Positions 49,011 to 58,661 of a stretch of 64,000 nt of DNA are shown here, in pieces (position 1 is the first letter of the stretch; every line of letters begins with the position of its first letter). The position numbers were made by a program, and so were the translations under genes. Location: assembly GCA_047495785.1 (NCBI GenBank), contig JBLDXI010000054.1, forward strand, positions 248,001 through 312,000. Reading direction: 5' to 3'. The notes beneath the pieces were generated by a model. That model did not search any database. It worked only from the letters and a program-made list of their open reading frames with translations, and had not been told where the DNA came from. The stretch is from Lepidodermella squamata. Lineage: Eukaryota; Animalia; Gastrotricha.

Positions 49011-49703
49011 ATGATCAATTGGGACAGCATCGTTCAATCACAACGACAGGAGTACAAAAATGGATCTCCCTTTTTCCCTCAGCATCCTTCTCGATGTCTT
49101 ATTATTGGACCGTCCGGGACCGGAAAGACTTCAGATCTGCTGACAATACTGCATAACTCCTTTTTTCACAAGATCTACTTATATAGTAAAACTCTTGATG
49201 AGGACAAGTACGAGTACCTGATTAAGCTTCAGAAACAGAAGGAAGACATTCTTTCCAAGCAAGGAATTTCAGTAAACCTTGTTCACTCTTCCAATGACAT
49301 TTCTGAAGTCATGCCTCTTGAAGGCCTAGATAAAAGTTACCAGCATGCTTATATATTCGACGATATTTGTATGGAGCAAAAGAGGCTGCAAGAAACACAT
49401 ATCGGTGCAATGTGGATAAGATGCCGTAAGTACAACGCGTCAGCCTTTTATCTTTCGCAGTCATATTTTAAGATCCCAAAGGCAATTAGGGATAATGCCG
49501 ATTTTGTTGTGCTGAAGAAGCTGGCTGACAACAGGGAGCTGAGCATAATTCATCGAATATACGCCCCCTCAATTAAGACAACTGAATTTTTTGCCAAGTA
49601 CAATGAAGCCGTTAGCCTTCCTCATGGTTCGTTTATCATTGACAGTCAAAGCAAGCCACAGTGTCTACGACTTAGAGCTAATTACGCTTCAATCTTCGCC
49701 TAA
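49011..49703 (+). CDS. A32-like DNA packaging ATPase
   Basis: Walker A GPSGTGKT, Walker B YIFDD, RCRK, LSQSYF..PKAIRDN. ATG 49011 is preferred over 48933. Confidence 0.93.
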   Translation: MINWDSIVQSQRQEYKNGSPFFPQHPSRCLIIGPSGTGKTSDLLTILHNSFFHKIYLYSKTLDEDKYEYLIKLQKQKEDILSKQGISVNLVHSSNDISEVMPLEGLDKSYQHAYIFDDICMEQKRLQETHIGAMWIRCRKYNASAFYLSQSYFKIPKAIRDNADFVVLKKLADNRELSIIHRIYAPSIKTTEFFAKYNEAVSLPHGSFIIDSQSKPQCLRLRANYASIFA

Positions 49704-49903
49704 TCATTTTTAACTTTTAAAAATTAGTTTAAATTATCTATCAAACAGTTTGAATTATCTTGGCTTTACTGATTACCTCCAGTATAAGATGAGTTCAACT
49801 GAGCGTTCAATAGGCGATCATTAGGCGTTCAAGAAGCGATCATGTGGCTAACGAGGAGCGACCGCTGGGCGAAAAAGGAGCGATTTATTCTAGCCAGAGT
49901 GAT

Positions 49904-50947
49904 ATGCCGCTACGCGAATTAACAACTGATGAACAAATTCGAATTCTTGAAGATTTAGATAAGCAGGAGAAGATGTACGACCGACACTTGGCCATGGTTA
50001 AAGGTGATGTATATGCTTTAAAGTATAAGCATAGTGTAAATGTTGAACCCGATCCCCTTACAGCTTTGCATGAGACTTACAGGCAGATGCCAACTGTAGA
50101 GGCAATAAGATCCGTTGCCAAGGAGCTCAAACAAACAGCAAAGAGAAGCTTACCAACAGCTAATCACCCGCATCACCTAGAAGCGGTATTACCAAAGGCG
50201 GAACCGACAACTGAAGAGGCGAAGGAATCAGTGGAGGACATAGTTTTGAAGAGACATAACTTCCCCACAGCTAAAGAAATTGAAGAGGCTGGGGCTGACC
50301 CCGCGCATATTATTGTATCTCTTTCGCACTATAATAAAAATGTGTTGGGCTCCCAACTAGCTCAGCTCACTAAAAAAGGATACAAAGACTCTCCACAGTA
50401 TCAATCGATTCAAAATGATATACAGATTTTGAAAAACTTCAAGAACTCGTTGCTTGAGACATTTGAGAATCAAAGGGTGCTACTTGAGAAAACTGGTACA
50501 GGTATATCCAACAATTATTTGAAGATTGGTAGGTTTTACGCCAGAAAAGACGACATAAAGCGAGGGGTTTTAAGGATTCGCAAGAAGAATAAAGGCAAAG
50601 TGCAAGGTTTAGCCGATATAGACATAAGTGATGGTGTCAAACAATTGCTCTTGAAAAGGTACAATCCGAAGGTGAACTTTTCCAAGCAAGACTATGATCA
50701 ATACCAAAAAATTTGTGAACTGACTGGATATCGACCAAAACCCCATTCTAAAATCTGGAACAGAATTTACGTGACTGATGTTGTTGATGCCCAAAAGAGG
50801 CTCGTAAACGCGATTGGTGAAATCAGAGCGGGAAACAATAACGCTGAAATATATAACGAAGTTGTTAGTATTGCAGATTTTCTTTTGAAGAACAATAGAT
50901 TGACCAAAGCTGAATACGAAAATCTAATAACAATGGTAAATGGGTGA
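49904..50947 (+). CDS. Polinton PZ-like protein
   Basis: C-terminal RL...GEIRAGNNN...I..FL.....LTK.EY motif typical of PZ. Confidence 0.65.
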   Translation: MPLRELTTDEQIRILEDLDKQEKMYDRHLAMVKGDVYALKYKHSVNVEPDPLTALHETYRQMPTVEAIRSVAKELKQTAKRSLPTANHPHHLEAVLPKAEPTTEEAKESVEDIVLKRHNFPTAKEIEEAGADPAHIIVSLSHYNKNVLGSQLAQLTKKGYKDSPQYQSIQNDIQILKNFKNSLLETFENQRVLLEKTGTGISNNYLKIGRFYARKDDIKRGVLRIRKKNKGKVQGLADIDISDGVKQLLLKRYNPKVNFSKQDYDQYQKICELTGYRPKPHSKIWNRIYVTDVVDAQKRLVNAIGEIRAGNNNAEIYNEVVSIADFLLKNNRLTKAEYENLITMVNG

Positions 50948-51680
50948 TCCAATATTTCTGCCTTTGGAATATTACTGCAATAACAGATCGGACGCCAGCA
51001 ACGTCATCGATCGTTACCTAAATGATAAGATCGATTTCACAAAGCGCAGCATCGCCGTTTCATATATTCACTTTTACGATGTTTTTTATAATGTATCACA
51101 GGCTTCAGGTAATAGTAAGCTCAGATATAAAGATCCAGAAGATGCGACTTTTGAAATACGATTTCCTGATGGAACCTTCACTTTTCGTGATTATAACAAT
51201 TATATTCACTTTGTTATGAAAGGAAACGGCCATTTCAAGACCATCGATGGCTCAGAAGTTTACGGCATAAGCTTATCTGTCAATACTGTTCTGAATAAAC
51301 TGAGCTTTCGAATTCAACCAGGTTACGCTCTTCTGATCGAGCATGATGCTACGTCTGAATTTCTAGGTGTAGACAAAGGCGAATTCCGAGCAGATTTTAA
51401 TGGGCAACATATTCCTAACATCACGATGTCAAATGACTCAATGTTTGTTCACTGTAACGTCGTCAATAATAGCCTAGTCCCGGAGGTTAGTGATGTCATC
51501 TTCACCTGTCCGATTAACAAAAATTTCGGTCAACACGTTAACATTGTTCCAAATGAGAAACGTTACTTGTCCTGTACGAATGCTAATACACAAAACATAA
51601 AAATAACGCTCACCACCCAGGCTGGTGCAACACTGGAGATGACTGAAAGAAAATGGGGTATTGGTCTAGATATTCGCTAG
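50940..51680 (+). CDS. Minor capsid protein (penton)
   Basis: FPDGTFTFRDYN and VHCNVVNNS motifs; ~250 aa, beta-rich. Confidence 0.8.
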   Translation: MGDPIFLPLEYYCNNRSDASNVIDRYLNDKIDFTKRSIAVSYIHFYDVFYNVSQASGNSKLRYKDPEDATFEIRFPDGTFTFRDYNNYIHFVMKGNGHFKTIDGSEVYGISLSVNTVLNKLSFRIQPGYALLIEHDATSEFLGVDKGEFRADFNGQHIPNITMSNDSMFVHCNVVNNSLVPEVSDVIFTCPINKNFGQHVNIVPNEKRYLSCTNANTQNIKITLTTQAGATLEMTERKWGIGLDIR

Positions 51681-51703
51681 CTTTTTCTAGTTACTTTGTT
51701 ATA

Positions 51704-52003
51704 ATGAAAAATCGCAGAACTAAAGCATATGTCGTAGGACGCGGTTACGTAGACATCGCAAGAAATATGCTCGACAAATTGACTGGTGTCTTACCGGTTC
51801 AGACTTTAGCCAAATCAGCTCTTTCAAAGGCAGCGGAAGTTGCCGGTGACAAAATAGGTGCATATGCCGCAAATAAACTTGCAGACAAAGTTATGCCGGC
51901 AAAGCCAGCTGAGCGCTCTATTCAGGCTATTGAGGAGCTTGAGAAGAAAATCAAAAGAGACATCGATAATTACACCGGAACAGGCTTTAAGCTGATACGC
52001 TAA
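51704..52003 (+). CDS. Small basic core-like protein
   Basis: VVGRG and YTGTG motifs, Ala/Lys-rich amphipathic helix, located just before MCP. Confidence 0.6.
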   Translation: MKNRRTKAYVVGRGYVDIARNMLDKLTGVLPVQTLAKSALSKAAEVAGDKIGAYAANKLADKVMPAKPAERSIQAIEELEKKIKRDIDNYTGTGFKLIR

Positions 52004-52022
52004 ATATCTAATGCATATATAA

Positions 52023-53396
52023 ATGCTTCAATCCGAAATAGTGAACTGTCTCTTTGAGAGCCCGACCATAGATGATCGGCAGTTCGAAAGGAAAAGCTGG
52101 GCCGAGGTTTGTGCAACAAGCTTTATACAGGATCAGCCCTCTCAGCCTTCTCGCCTTATCTTTTCTACATATAACTTGCGTGAGTTGTTTATATTGCCGA
52201 GGGAAGCCTATATCCAGTTGACTGTTGAGTTCCGACGAAACGATAGTCAGGCTTTCAAAGCAACCGACAAGTACGCAATTAGGAACCATGTTATATCCAT
52301 GTTTGAAACAGTTGAAGTGCAAGTAGGTGATAATGATAACCAGGTAGAGCAAACACGTTATAACGAACACTGGAGCTCGTTGCTGGGCGTTATTCACTGG
52401 TCTGATGACTATGCGCGAAGTCTTGGGGAAGAATCACTTTTCGCCAGAGACTACCCAGCCCATGTCAATTATGATATGACTCCTGAAGTTACAGCAGAAA
52501 GTTTCGACCCTGCGAAGAACAGCTGCAACGAGGGACTACTCTTGAGATCTTTGTATGTTAAGGATCATAAGATGGTTGTCACACTTTACTTAAGGGACAT
52601 TCCTTTCTTCCAAAATTATTTTGGGATGTGGACCAAGGCGAGATTTCGTGTGATATTAACACCAAATTACACCAAACCCATAGTCGCAGCCATAGGGAAA
52701 AACGATGATTTGCCGGAAGGGATGCATTTCCAAATTTCGTCAGCTTATATGTTTATTCCGGAAGTCACATTGATGCCTGAAACTAGAGCACGCATTTTGA
52801 AAGCCTTCAATACGGGTCTCACGAAACTTTACAAATGGCAATCGCTAGAATGCTTTCAGAGCCCCCAGTTTGCTGTGAATAGTTCATCGGTACAATGGAC
52901 AATCACATCTGAGATGAAAAAACCAAGCTGGCTGTATATTGTATTCTTGCAAGACTTCTCAGACGCAGAGTATCAAACAAAACTGACACAAATTTACACT
53001 CAGTGGAATATATTCAGCTACTCTCTCATGATAAACAATAAGGAGGCGTTTGCCGAGGCCAACATGAACTTTTCCCGCTTCAACGCTCACCGGCTCTATA
53101 ACTATATTAAGGAAAACATGAACCATTTCAATGATCGTGAAAGCACGAACACTGGTAGTCAGCTTAGTTACCTTGATTTTTGTCGATTTTACCGTTTCCT
53201 GGCATTCAATCTGGAAAGTGTAGATGCCGGTGCTATATATAATTCACGCGGTGACCAAAGCGTGAGCGTCACATTCAAAGCTAGAATCAGCCCTGTCGAT
53301 AAGCCATTAGTTATGTTTTGTTTTATTTTTAGAGAAAAAGAAATAGGCTTCAACTACAAAGACGACAAGCTCGAGATAAGCCTTAACATGCTCTGA
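52023..53396 (+). CDS. Major capsid protein (double jelly-roll)
   Basis: 457 aa, beta-rich; ILPREAYIQL, NHVISMFE.VEVQV, KPSWLYIVF, FLAFNL; position in the structural block. Confidence 0.85.
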   Translation: MLQSEIVNCLFESPTIDDRQFERKSWAEVCATSFIQDQPSQPSRLIFSTYNLRELFILPREAYIQLTVEFRRNDSQAFKATDKYAIRNHVISMFETVEVQVGDNDNQVEQTRYNEHWSSLLGVIHWSDDYARSLGEESLFARDYPAHVNYDMTPEVTAESFDPAKNSCNEGLLLRSLYVKDHKMVVTLYLRDIPFFQNYFGMWTKARFRVILTPNYTKPIVAAIGKNDDLPEGMHFQISSAYMFIPEVTLMPETRARILKAFNTGLTKLYKWQSLECFQSPQFAVNSSSVQWTITSEMKKPSWLYIVFLQDFSDAEYQTKLTQIYTQWNIFSYSLMINNKEAFAEANMNFSRFNAHRLYNYIKENMNHFNDRESTNTGSQLSYLDFCRFYRFLAFNLESVDAGAIYNSRGDQSVSVTFKARISPVDKPLVMFCFIFREKEIGFNYKDDKLEISLNML

Positions 53397-53417
53397 ATTT
53401 TCTAACTTAGAATAATA

Positions 53418-53996
53418 ATGACTAAATACATTCCATTCGACATTAAACTAACAGAGACACAGAGAAGAGCATTTCAAAAACCAGGCCAAGTTGTATTGCG
53501 TTTCACAATTGATCAGCTTCTTGCAGATCCAAATGGTTCCAAGTTGTTGTTGACGCAAAGGCAGATAGATAAAGTAATGAAGAGCAAACAAAGGATGAAA
53601 GGGCTTGATATTAAACTGAGCAAAACTCAGCTCCGGAAGAATCAGTCTGGCGGGTTCCTGTTACCAGCGCTTGCCGCAGCTTCCAAATTTATAGCACCTG
53701 TAGCTGTTGCAGCGCTGAGCGGCCTTGCCAGTTCCCTCGCCAGTACAGCAGCTGACAAGATCGTAGGCAAAGGCGTGTCGCTGACAATACCAAAAGAGGA
53801 TTTAAATGAACTGCAAAAGGCGGTTTCGCTTCTGGAATCCCGACAAATTGTGCCTGCTGGCAGTAGTAAGGCAATTAAAAGCCATATAGAGCAACAGGGT
53901 GGAGCTTTTATCTTGCCGCTTGTATCAAGCTTACTGGGTGCATTCCTTCCGACCTTATTCGGAAAAGGGGTTTATATGCCGTGGGAAAAAAACTGA
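53418..53996 (+). CDS. Protein X-like core/membrane-active protein
   Basis: LSKTQL...QSGGFLLPAL and QQGGAFILPL (adenovirus pX-like), plus IVGKG and LFGKG sites. Confidence 0.7.
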   Translation: MTKYIPFDIKLTETQRRAFQKPGQVVLRFTIDQLLADPNGSKLLLTQRQIDKVMKSKQRMKGLDIKLSKTQLRKNQSGGFLLPALAAASKFIAPVAVAALSGLASSLASTAADKIVGKGVSLTIPKEDLNELQKAVSLLESRQIVPAGSSKAIKSHIEQQGGAFILPLVSSLLGAFLPTLFGKGVYMPWEKN

Positions 53997-54439
53997 CAAA
54001 TACCGGGTTTTATCCCCTATCCAATCTTGAGATAACCGAAGCTTTGAAGAGGCTCCTCGGAAAAGACTTCAAGGGCTGTTATGCTCGGGATGACCTTCCT
54101 GATAAACTTGAACGAGGATATTACGTCATTAACCTGGACGATAAAGTTAACCGCGGAAGTCATTGGGTCTCAATGGCTGTGAAGTCGACTGAAATAATCT
54201 ACTTCGATAGCTTCGGGTTTATATGCCCTAATGAGATCATTAAGCGTCGCGGCAAACGAGTTATTTGGTATTCCACACATGATATACAACATCCTGGCTC
54301 TGTTGCATGTGGCTTCTATGCCATTTACTTTCTAAGAGAATTAGGTAAAGGTAGGGATAAGTTAGCTATTTTGCTAGACTTCAATAACACCGGGTCACCG
54401 CACAATGATGACTTACTGAAAAATCTATTGTTAAGCTAG
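53987..54439 (+). CDS. Adenain-like cysteine protease with no ATG; -1 frame of the preceding ORF
   Basis: PLSN, INLD...GSHWV, YFDSFG, IQ...CGFY catalytic H/D/Q/C. Confidence 0.9.
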   Translation, partial: KKLTNTGFYPLSNLEITEALKRLLGKDFKGCYARDDLPDKLERGYYVINLDDKVNRGSHWVSMAVKSTEIIYFDSFGFICPNEIIKRRGKRVIWYSTHDIQHPGSVACGFYAIYFLRELGKGRDKLAILLDFNNTGSPHNDDLLKNLLLS

Positions 54440-54441
54440 AT

Positions 54442-54621
54442 ATGTATTGCCTGCATTGTAGGAAAAACACTAAATCAGTGAATGAGCAGCAATTAGCCAC
54501 TCGTAATAACCGAGCTCTCATGACAGGATCTTGTACACTCTGCGGTATGACAAAGTATAAATTCATAAGAATGTTAAAGAGAAACGCCATCGTAGATAAA
54601 AAGGATGCAAGCGTCCGTTGA
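54442..54621 (+). CDS. 59-aa zinc-ribbon protein (DUF5679-like), absent from the ORF track
   Basis: MYCLHCRKNT...TRNNRALMTGSCTLCGMTKYKF; TCTA 14 nt upstream. Confidence 0.75.
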   Translation: MYCLHCRKNTKSVNEQQLATRNNRALMTGSCTLCGMTKYKFIRMLKRNAIVDKKDASVR

Positions 54622-55111
54622 AGATGAATTGAAGAGACTGATGGATAATTTTGAGAATTCTAAATCAGTGAGAAAGACATTTTCTACCATGCCTTACGTG
54701 TATTGCGATGCGTGTGCCACAGAACTTTTGCTTGACGAAAGGGCGAATTTCAACGTATGCCCAAACTGCGGTTTATGTTATCCATACTGTGAGCACTCCC
54801 CGCCATTCAAATTAGTACCTTACAAACGAAAATGGCATTTAATGACTGTAATTAAAAAGCGCGGTATAGAAATGCTACCTCCTCAACTTGAGAGGCTGAT
54901 GTCGAGCTTTATCAAGTTTGACTCGGGCTATGCAGAACTCTTTCCCGATCAAAATATGATGCACCTTGACTTTGTTATCAAAGCTCTGGCTCAGGAACAT
55001 GGATACGACCTTGTGGCACAGAGCGTACACGTGAAATCGGTTAACGATAAGACGCTGAGGCAATGGCGGAATAAGTATAATCTAGTCATCGCTCATTATG
55101 AGATCGAATGA
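54605..55111 (+). CDS. VLTF3-like (poxvirus A2-type) late transcription factor
   Basis: CDAC...VCPNCG zinc ribbon followed by PYKRKWHL. Confidence 0.7.
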   Translation: MQASVEDELKRLMDNFENSKSVRKTFSTMPYVYCDACATELLLDERANFNVCPNCGLCYPYCEHSPPFKLVPYKRKWHLMTVIKKRGIEMLPPQLERLMSSFIKFDSGYAELFPDQNMMHLDFVIKALAQEHGYDLVAQSVHVKSVNDKTLRQWRNKYNLVIAHYEIE

Positions 55112-55757
55112 AATATTCATTCCAAGTGAATGGTTTGAAAATACTCGACAGGCAGCAATTTATTTGAGGGCAGACGGCAGTACTCCATTCGCGGCAAACC
55201 TAAACGCGAATAGCTACTGCATCGAAAATTTGGGCGGCCCCGTTTTCGACAACGATGCTGTAAGCAAAAATTGGGTTGAGCGAAGTTGTTTAATGATTCA
55301 ATCCGATCAGACTGTTGACTTTAAAAATGCTAGGCTCACGAACATCCATCCACCAATAAATCCAAACGATGGCGCGATTCGGGCTTCCAGATTGATATGC
55401 TCTGGCAAGGTTTCTCTTGCGCGCGAGAATAAGCTAAGTTTTGATAACATGATTTCCGGAATGCCTGAAGTAAGCGATAGCTTAGTGTTTCGGGCAGACT
55501 TAACAGCCAGAGTGGAAATGTGGTTCCGGCTGGACGACAACAGAGCCACATCCTTCACCCTTGATTTCTTCAAAAACAACGGTAACTTGTTCTCGAAATA
55601 CTTCAACTATAACAATGTTAATTTGGAGAGCAGCAATGAATACTGTTCCTTTATAGAGCGATTCCGATTGAATGATAGCTTAACGGTTATTGCAGCAGCT
55701 GACGAAAGCATACAACTGTCATACATTTTGATTATTTCTAACCTAAAGAATACGTGA
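55098..55757 (+). CDS. Fibre/spike-like protein
   Basis: YLRADG...LNAN...IENL..P...NDAVSK.WV fibre-shaft repeats followed by a beta-rich head. Confidence 0.6.
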   Translation: MRSNEIFIPSEWFENTRQAAIYLRADGSTPFAANLNANSYCIENLGGPVFDNDAVSKNWVERSCLMIQSDQTVDFKNARLTNIHPPINPNDGAIRASRLICSGKVSLARENKLSFDNMISGMPEVSDSLVFRADLTARVEMWFRLDDNRATSFTLDFFKNNGNLFSKYFNYNNVNLESSNEYCSFIERFRLNDSLTVIAAADESIQLSYILIISNLKNT

Positions 55758-56353
55758 TAAATATATTCAGAATGAATGACAACCAGCTAAAAACAGTAGA
55801 TAGTATTTACCCCACTGCTCCTAGACTACAAATGTCTTCTACTCAAGAGTTCAGGCTTGCTGAGCTCCGGCGCCTAAATGATGTTTTCAACACAGAAATA
55901 TCGAAAAGAAAGAAGCTTTATAATAGGTATTCCCGTTTTTCGTCAATTTGCAAAGCTACTATTCATGGAATAACGGGCGGCACAACATCGCTTGCTATTG
56001 GTGGAATCGCACTACTGTCACTTGGCCTCCCAACCGGTATAATGTTGGAGATTACTGCAGCTTCGGGCGGCATGGTCATACTAGCTCTCAACCTGCTTGA
56101 CTTAAAGTTCGAAAGGAAAGCCGAAAAACATGAAAGAATCGCCACTCTTGCCATGTCGAAAGCCAACTCAATAGGCGACATGATCAAAACAGCCCTGGAA
56201 GATAACCACATCAGTGACACTGAGTATCAGGTTATTATGAGAGAAAACGAGAAATTCCATGATATGAAAAAGTTGCTTCAGAAGAGTTTAAACTGTGACC
56301 GCACGCAGATATTTCTTGAGGAACTGAAAAAGCACGGTGTGAACGTCCCTTGA
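55754..56353 (+). CDS. Polinton-type membrane protein (start GTG 55754 or ATG 55772)
   Basis: FRLAEL..., Gly-rich hydrophobic hairpin, KHERI..LA.SK.NSI...AL.D..ISD.EY. Confidence 0.65.
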   Translation: MINIFRMNDNQLKTVDSIYPTAPRLQMSSTQEFRLAELRRLNDVFNTEISKRKKLYNRYSRFSSICKATIHGITGGTTSLAIGGIALLSLGLPTGIMLEITAASGGMVILALNLLDLKFERKAEKHERIATLAMSKANSIGDMIKTALEDNHISDTEYQVIMRENEKFHDMKKLLQKSLNCDRTQIFLEELKKHGVNVP

Positions 56354-56354
56354 G

Positions 56355-56609
56355 CTAGCGAAAAGGCGAGTAAAATATCACACGTTTCTTTGGTGTTCTA
56401 ACTACTTTAGCATGATTGCCTTTGATTTTCGAAGGCTTTTTAATTCTATCCCTATTCACAAAATACCCTAGCAACGCGACGATTACACTCAATGCAACAA
56501 AAATGCGTTGAAGCTGGGTGTTCGTCCTTAAGCAGTCGATCTGAAGTTCTCTAACAAGCACCTTAATATATGAGATTATTTCTTCTTGGGCACTCGAGTA
56601 AGTATTCAT
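56355..56609 (-). CDS. Small single-TM protein with basic tail
   Basis: IFVALSVIVALLGYFV followed by a K/R-rich C-terminus. Confidence 0.55.
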   Translation of the reverse strand: MNTYSSAQEEIISYIKVLVRELQIDCLRTNTQLQRIFVALSVIVALLGYFVNRDRIKKPSKIKGNHAKVVRTPKKRVIFYSPFR

Positions 56610-56627
56610 TAAGTATTAAAACGATTT

Positions 56628-56963
56628 TTATTTTTCTCGTCGCGCCCTCATTTCAGCTATGAATTTCTCTATATCTGACTTCCTTTTCTGTCGCCGTTCA
56701 TACAGCTCAGCTTTGCGCCTCTGGCTCTGTAACTTACGGTCGTTATCTTCTTTTTCCCTTGCAGTCAGCAAATCGCTGTATTTCTGTTCAATGACAGCCT
56801 TCTCGTTCTCCAAAGTCTTAATACGGGTATTTGAGGACTGTCTCTTGAGCGAGGAATACTGATCGCTGATAATCTCAACTTCCTGCTTCAGTTTGTTGAT
56901 ATCTTCATCCTTCTCATCGACAATTTCATCGACCTCTGTGTATGAAAGAAATCCTTTCTCCAT
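56628..56963 (-). CDS. Coiled-coil protein
   Basis: Charged, heptad-like 111-aa ORF in a tandem leftward block. Confidence 0.55.
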   Translation of the reverse strand: MEKGFLSYTEVDEIVDEKDEDINKLKQEVEIISDQYSSLKRQSSNTRIKTLENEKAVIEQKYSDLLTAREKEDNDRKLQSQRRKAELYERRQKRKSDIEKFIAEMRARREK

Positions 56964-56970
56964 GCTTATA

Positions 56971-57228
56971 TTATTTACCGAGAAATCTTCTTCTTAGCAG
57001 GTAAGCTTTCTTGCCGCCGACATGGGTGACATCATTTGGAATCAGACTGACGTTGATGCCACCGCCCTTCAACGATGAGAACCGTTGTTGTTTGCCTAAA
57101 TGATAGTAAATCGTGCCTCTGCTGAGTCCCACTTCAGCTGCGATTTCATCTACTGTCTTGGAGCTATTCTGATATTCATGGATTGCTTGGCTGATTTTGT
57201 CTGGATTTATTGCCTTGCGACGAAGCAT
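56971..57228 (-). CDS. Helix-turn-helix protein
   Basis: TVDEIAAEVGLSRGTIYYHL. Confidence 0.75.
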   Translation of the reverse strand: MLRRKAINPDKISQAIHEYQNSSKTVDEIAAEVGLSRGTIYYHLGKQQRFSSLKGGGINVSLIPNDVTHVGGKKAYLLRRRFLGK

Positions 57229-57536
57229 CTTATATTTATTTGAGAAATTTAAATATTTAAATATTTCAATGTTCCATAGTTCAAATGTTCAAACTAAATA
57301 AAGGATGTCATCAGCCAATTTATATATTAAAATATTTTAACATTTGTATGTTGAAATGCGGATTGTTACTTCTGCAATCGATTGGCTTCAACGCCCGATG
57401 GAGTCACGTCATGAAAAGGAGAAGCTGCAAGAGATGTTGCTTCCCTCAAGTAACTCGCTGATTTGCGTAAATGAACAATGAACTATTCTTAAATTGAGGT
57501 AAATTTAAAAGTCAAAATGGGATGCAGTCAACAATT

Positions 57537-57830
57537 TTAGTCCTCGTCACTTGATGGCACAATGTCGTCAAATACAGTTAGAAATTGCGTAAATGCTTTT
57601 CGGGTTTCTTCATCATCAAAGGGGTACCGTTTAACTGCAGTTTCGACGCGTCTTCGCTCGATGTCTTCGTATGCAGATCTGCGCTTCTTTATCCTGCAGA
57701 ATCGAGATACTCTCGAATAGTGTGCCAAAGCATCTTCGATGCGCATTCTCGGAAACAGACTTTCCATTGCACGAACTTCTCGGTTGGGTTCGTCCCTAGT
57801 AGGCCTGATACTTTTGACATAGGTGCTCAC
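57537..57830 (-). CDS. Hypothetical protein
   Basis: ORF only; non-ATG start. Confidence 0.3.
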   Translation of the reverse strand: MSTYVKSIRPTRDEPNREVRAMESLFPRMRIEDALAHYSRVSRFCRIKKRRSAYEDIERRRVETAVKRYPFDDEETRKAFTQFLTVFDDIVPSSDED

Positions 57831-58661
57831 ATGGAAACAAAACGATGACAGGATGGGACCATATAAGGTTCTGCGATGGTCCTGCCAGTCATCATCAAGA
57901 TCAGGGGACGTTGTTAGGCAGTCCTGGTCATCGCTTACAGCTATGCATAACGAAGTCGAGGTTCAATCACGTATTTATCATACAACAATTTTTTACCAGA
58001 GACACCTCCTGCAGGTAGCCAAACTTTAACTTCTGCAACATTAGTACCATCTCTGTCCGCCAGTGCTGAAATTCGCTGTTGCTTGTTCGGTCCTGTCCAG
58101 TGGTAAGCTAATCTACACTCCATGCTTTCAGATGATGGGCAAGACTTTAGAAAAGTTACTACGCGTGCAAAATACAGGCGGCATACTGATAAGCACAGTT
58201 TGATCAATACACCTAGGGCGTCGTTGCCTTGGAAACTCCATTAATATTTAAACTTTTATCAATACATTGGCTAATGGAAATTCAATTATGTTTCTGATTC
58301 ATCGACACCCCATGATGAAAGCATTGCGCATTCATGTTGAAGGTATTGAATTATTCATGAAAATAAGACGGTATTGTTCGAACAAAATCAATAGAAAGAA
58401 CTATGCAGGTATGGAAACATATGTTGATTGACATTAAAGGATGCGGCTAGACATGCACTCAACTAATTCGTAAGCTAACCCTGTGTACGAACGATTCACA
58501 ATACATTTGAACAGCTGTGTAATTAAAGATTGTTTAGGTCTGAAAGGAAAGAAATTAAAATAAAATCGCCTGTTCGGAGATGAAAATATGAGAAGATCCA
58601 TAGATTGGTGCCTTTGAGAGAGGATCTACCAAATGGCGCGAACCCCAGGGCACCTCCCTCG

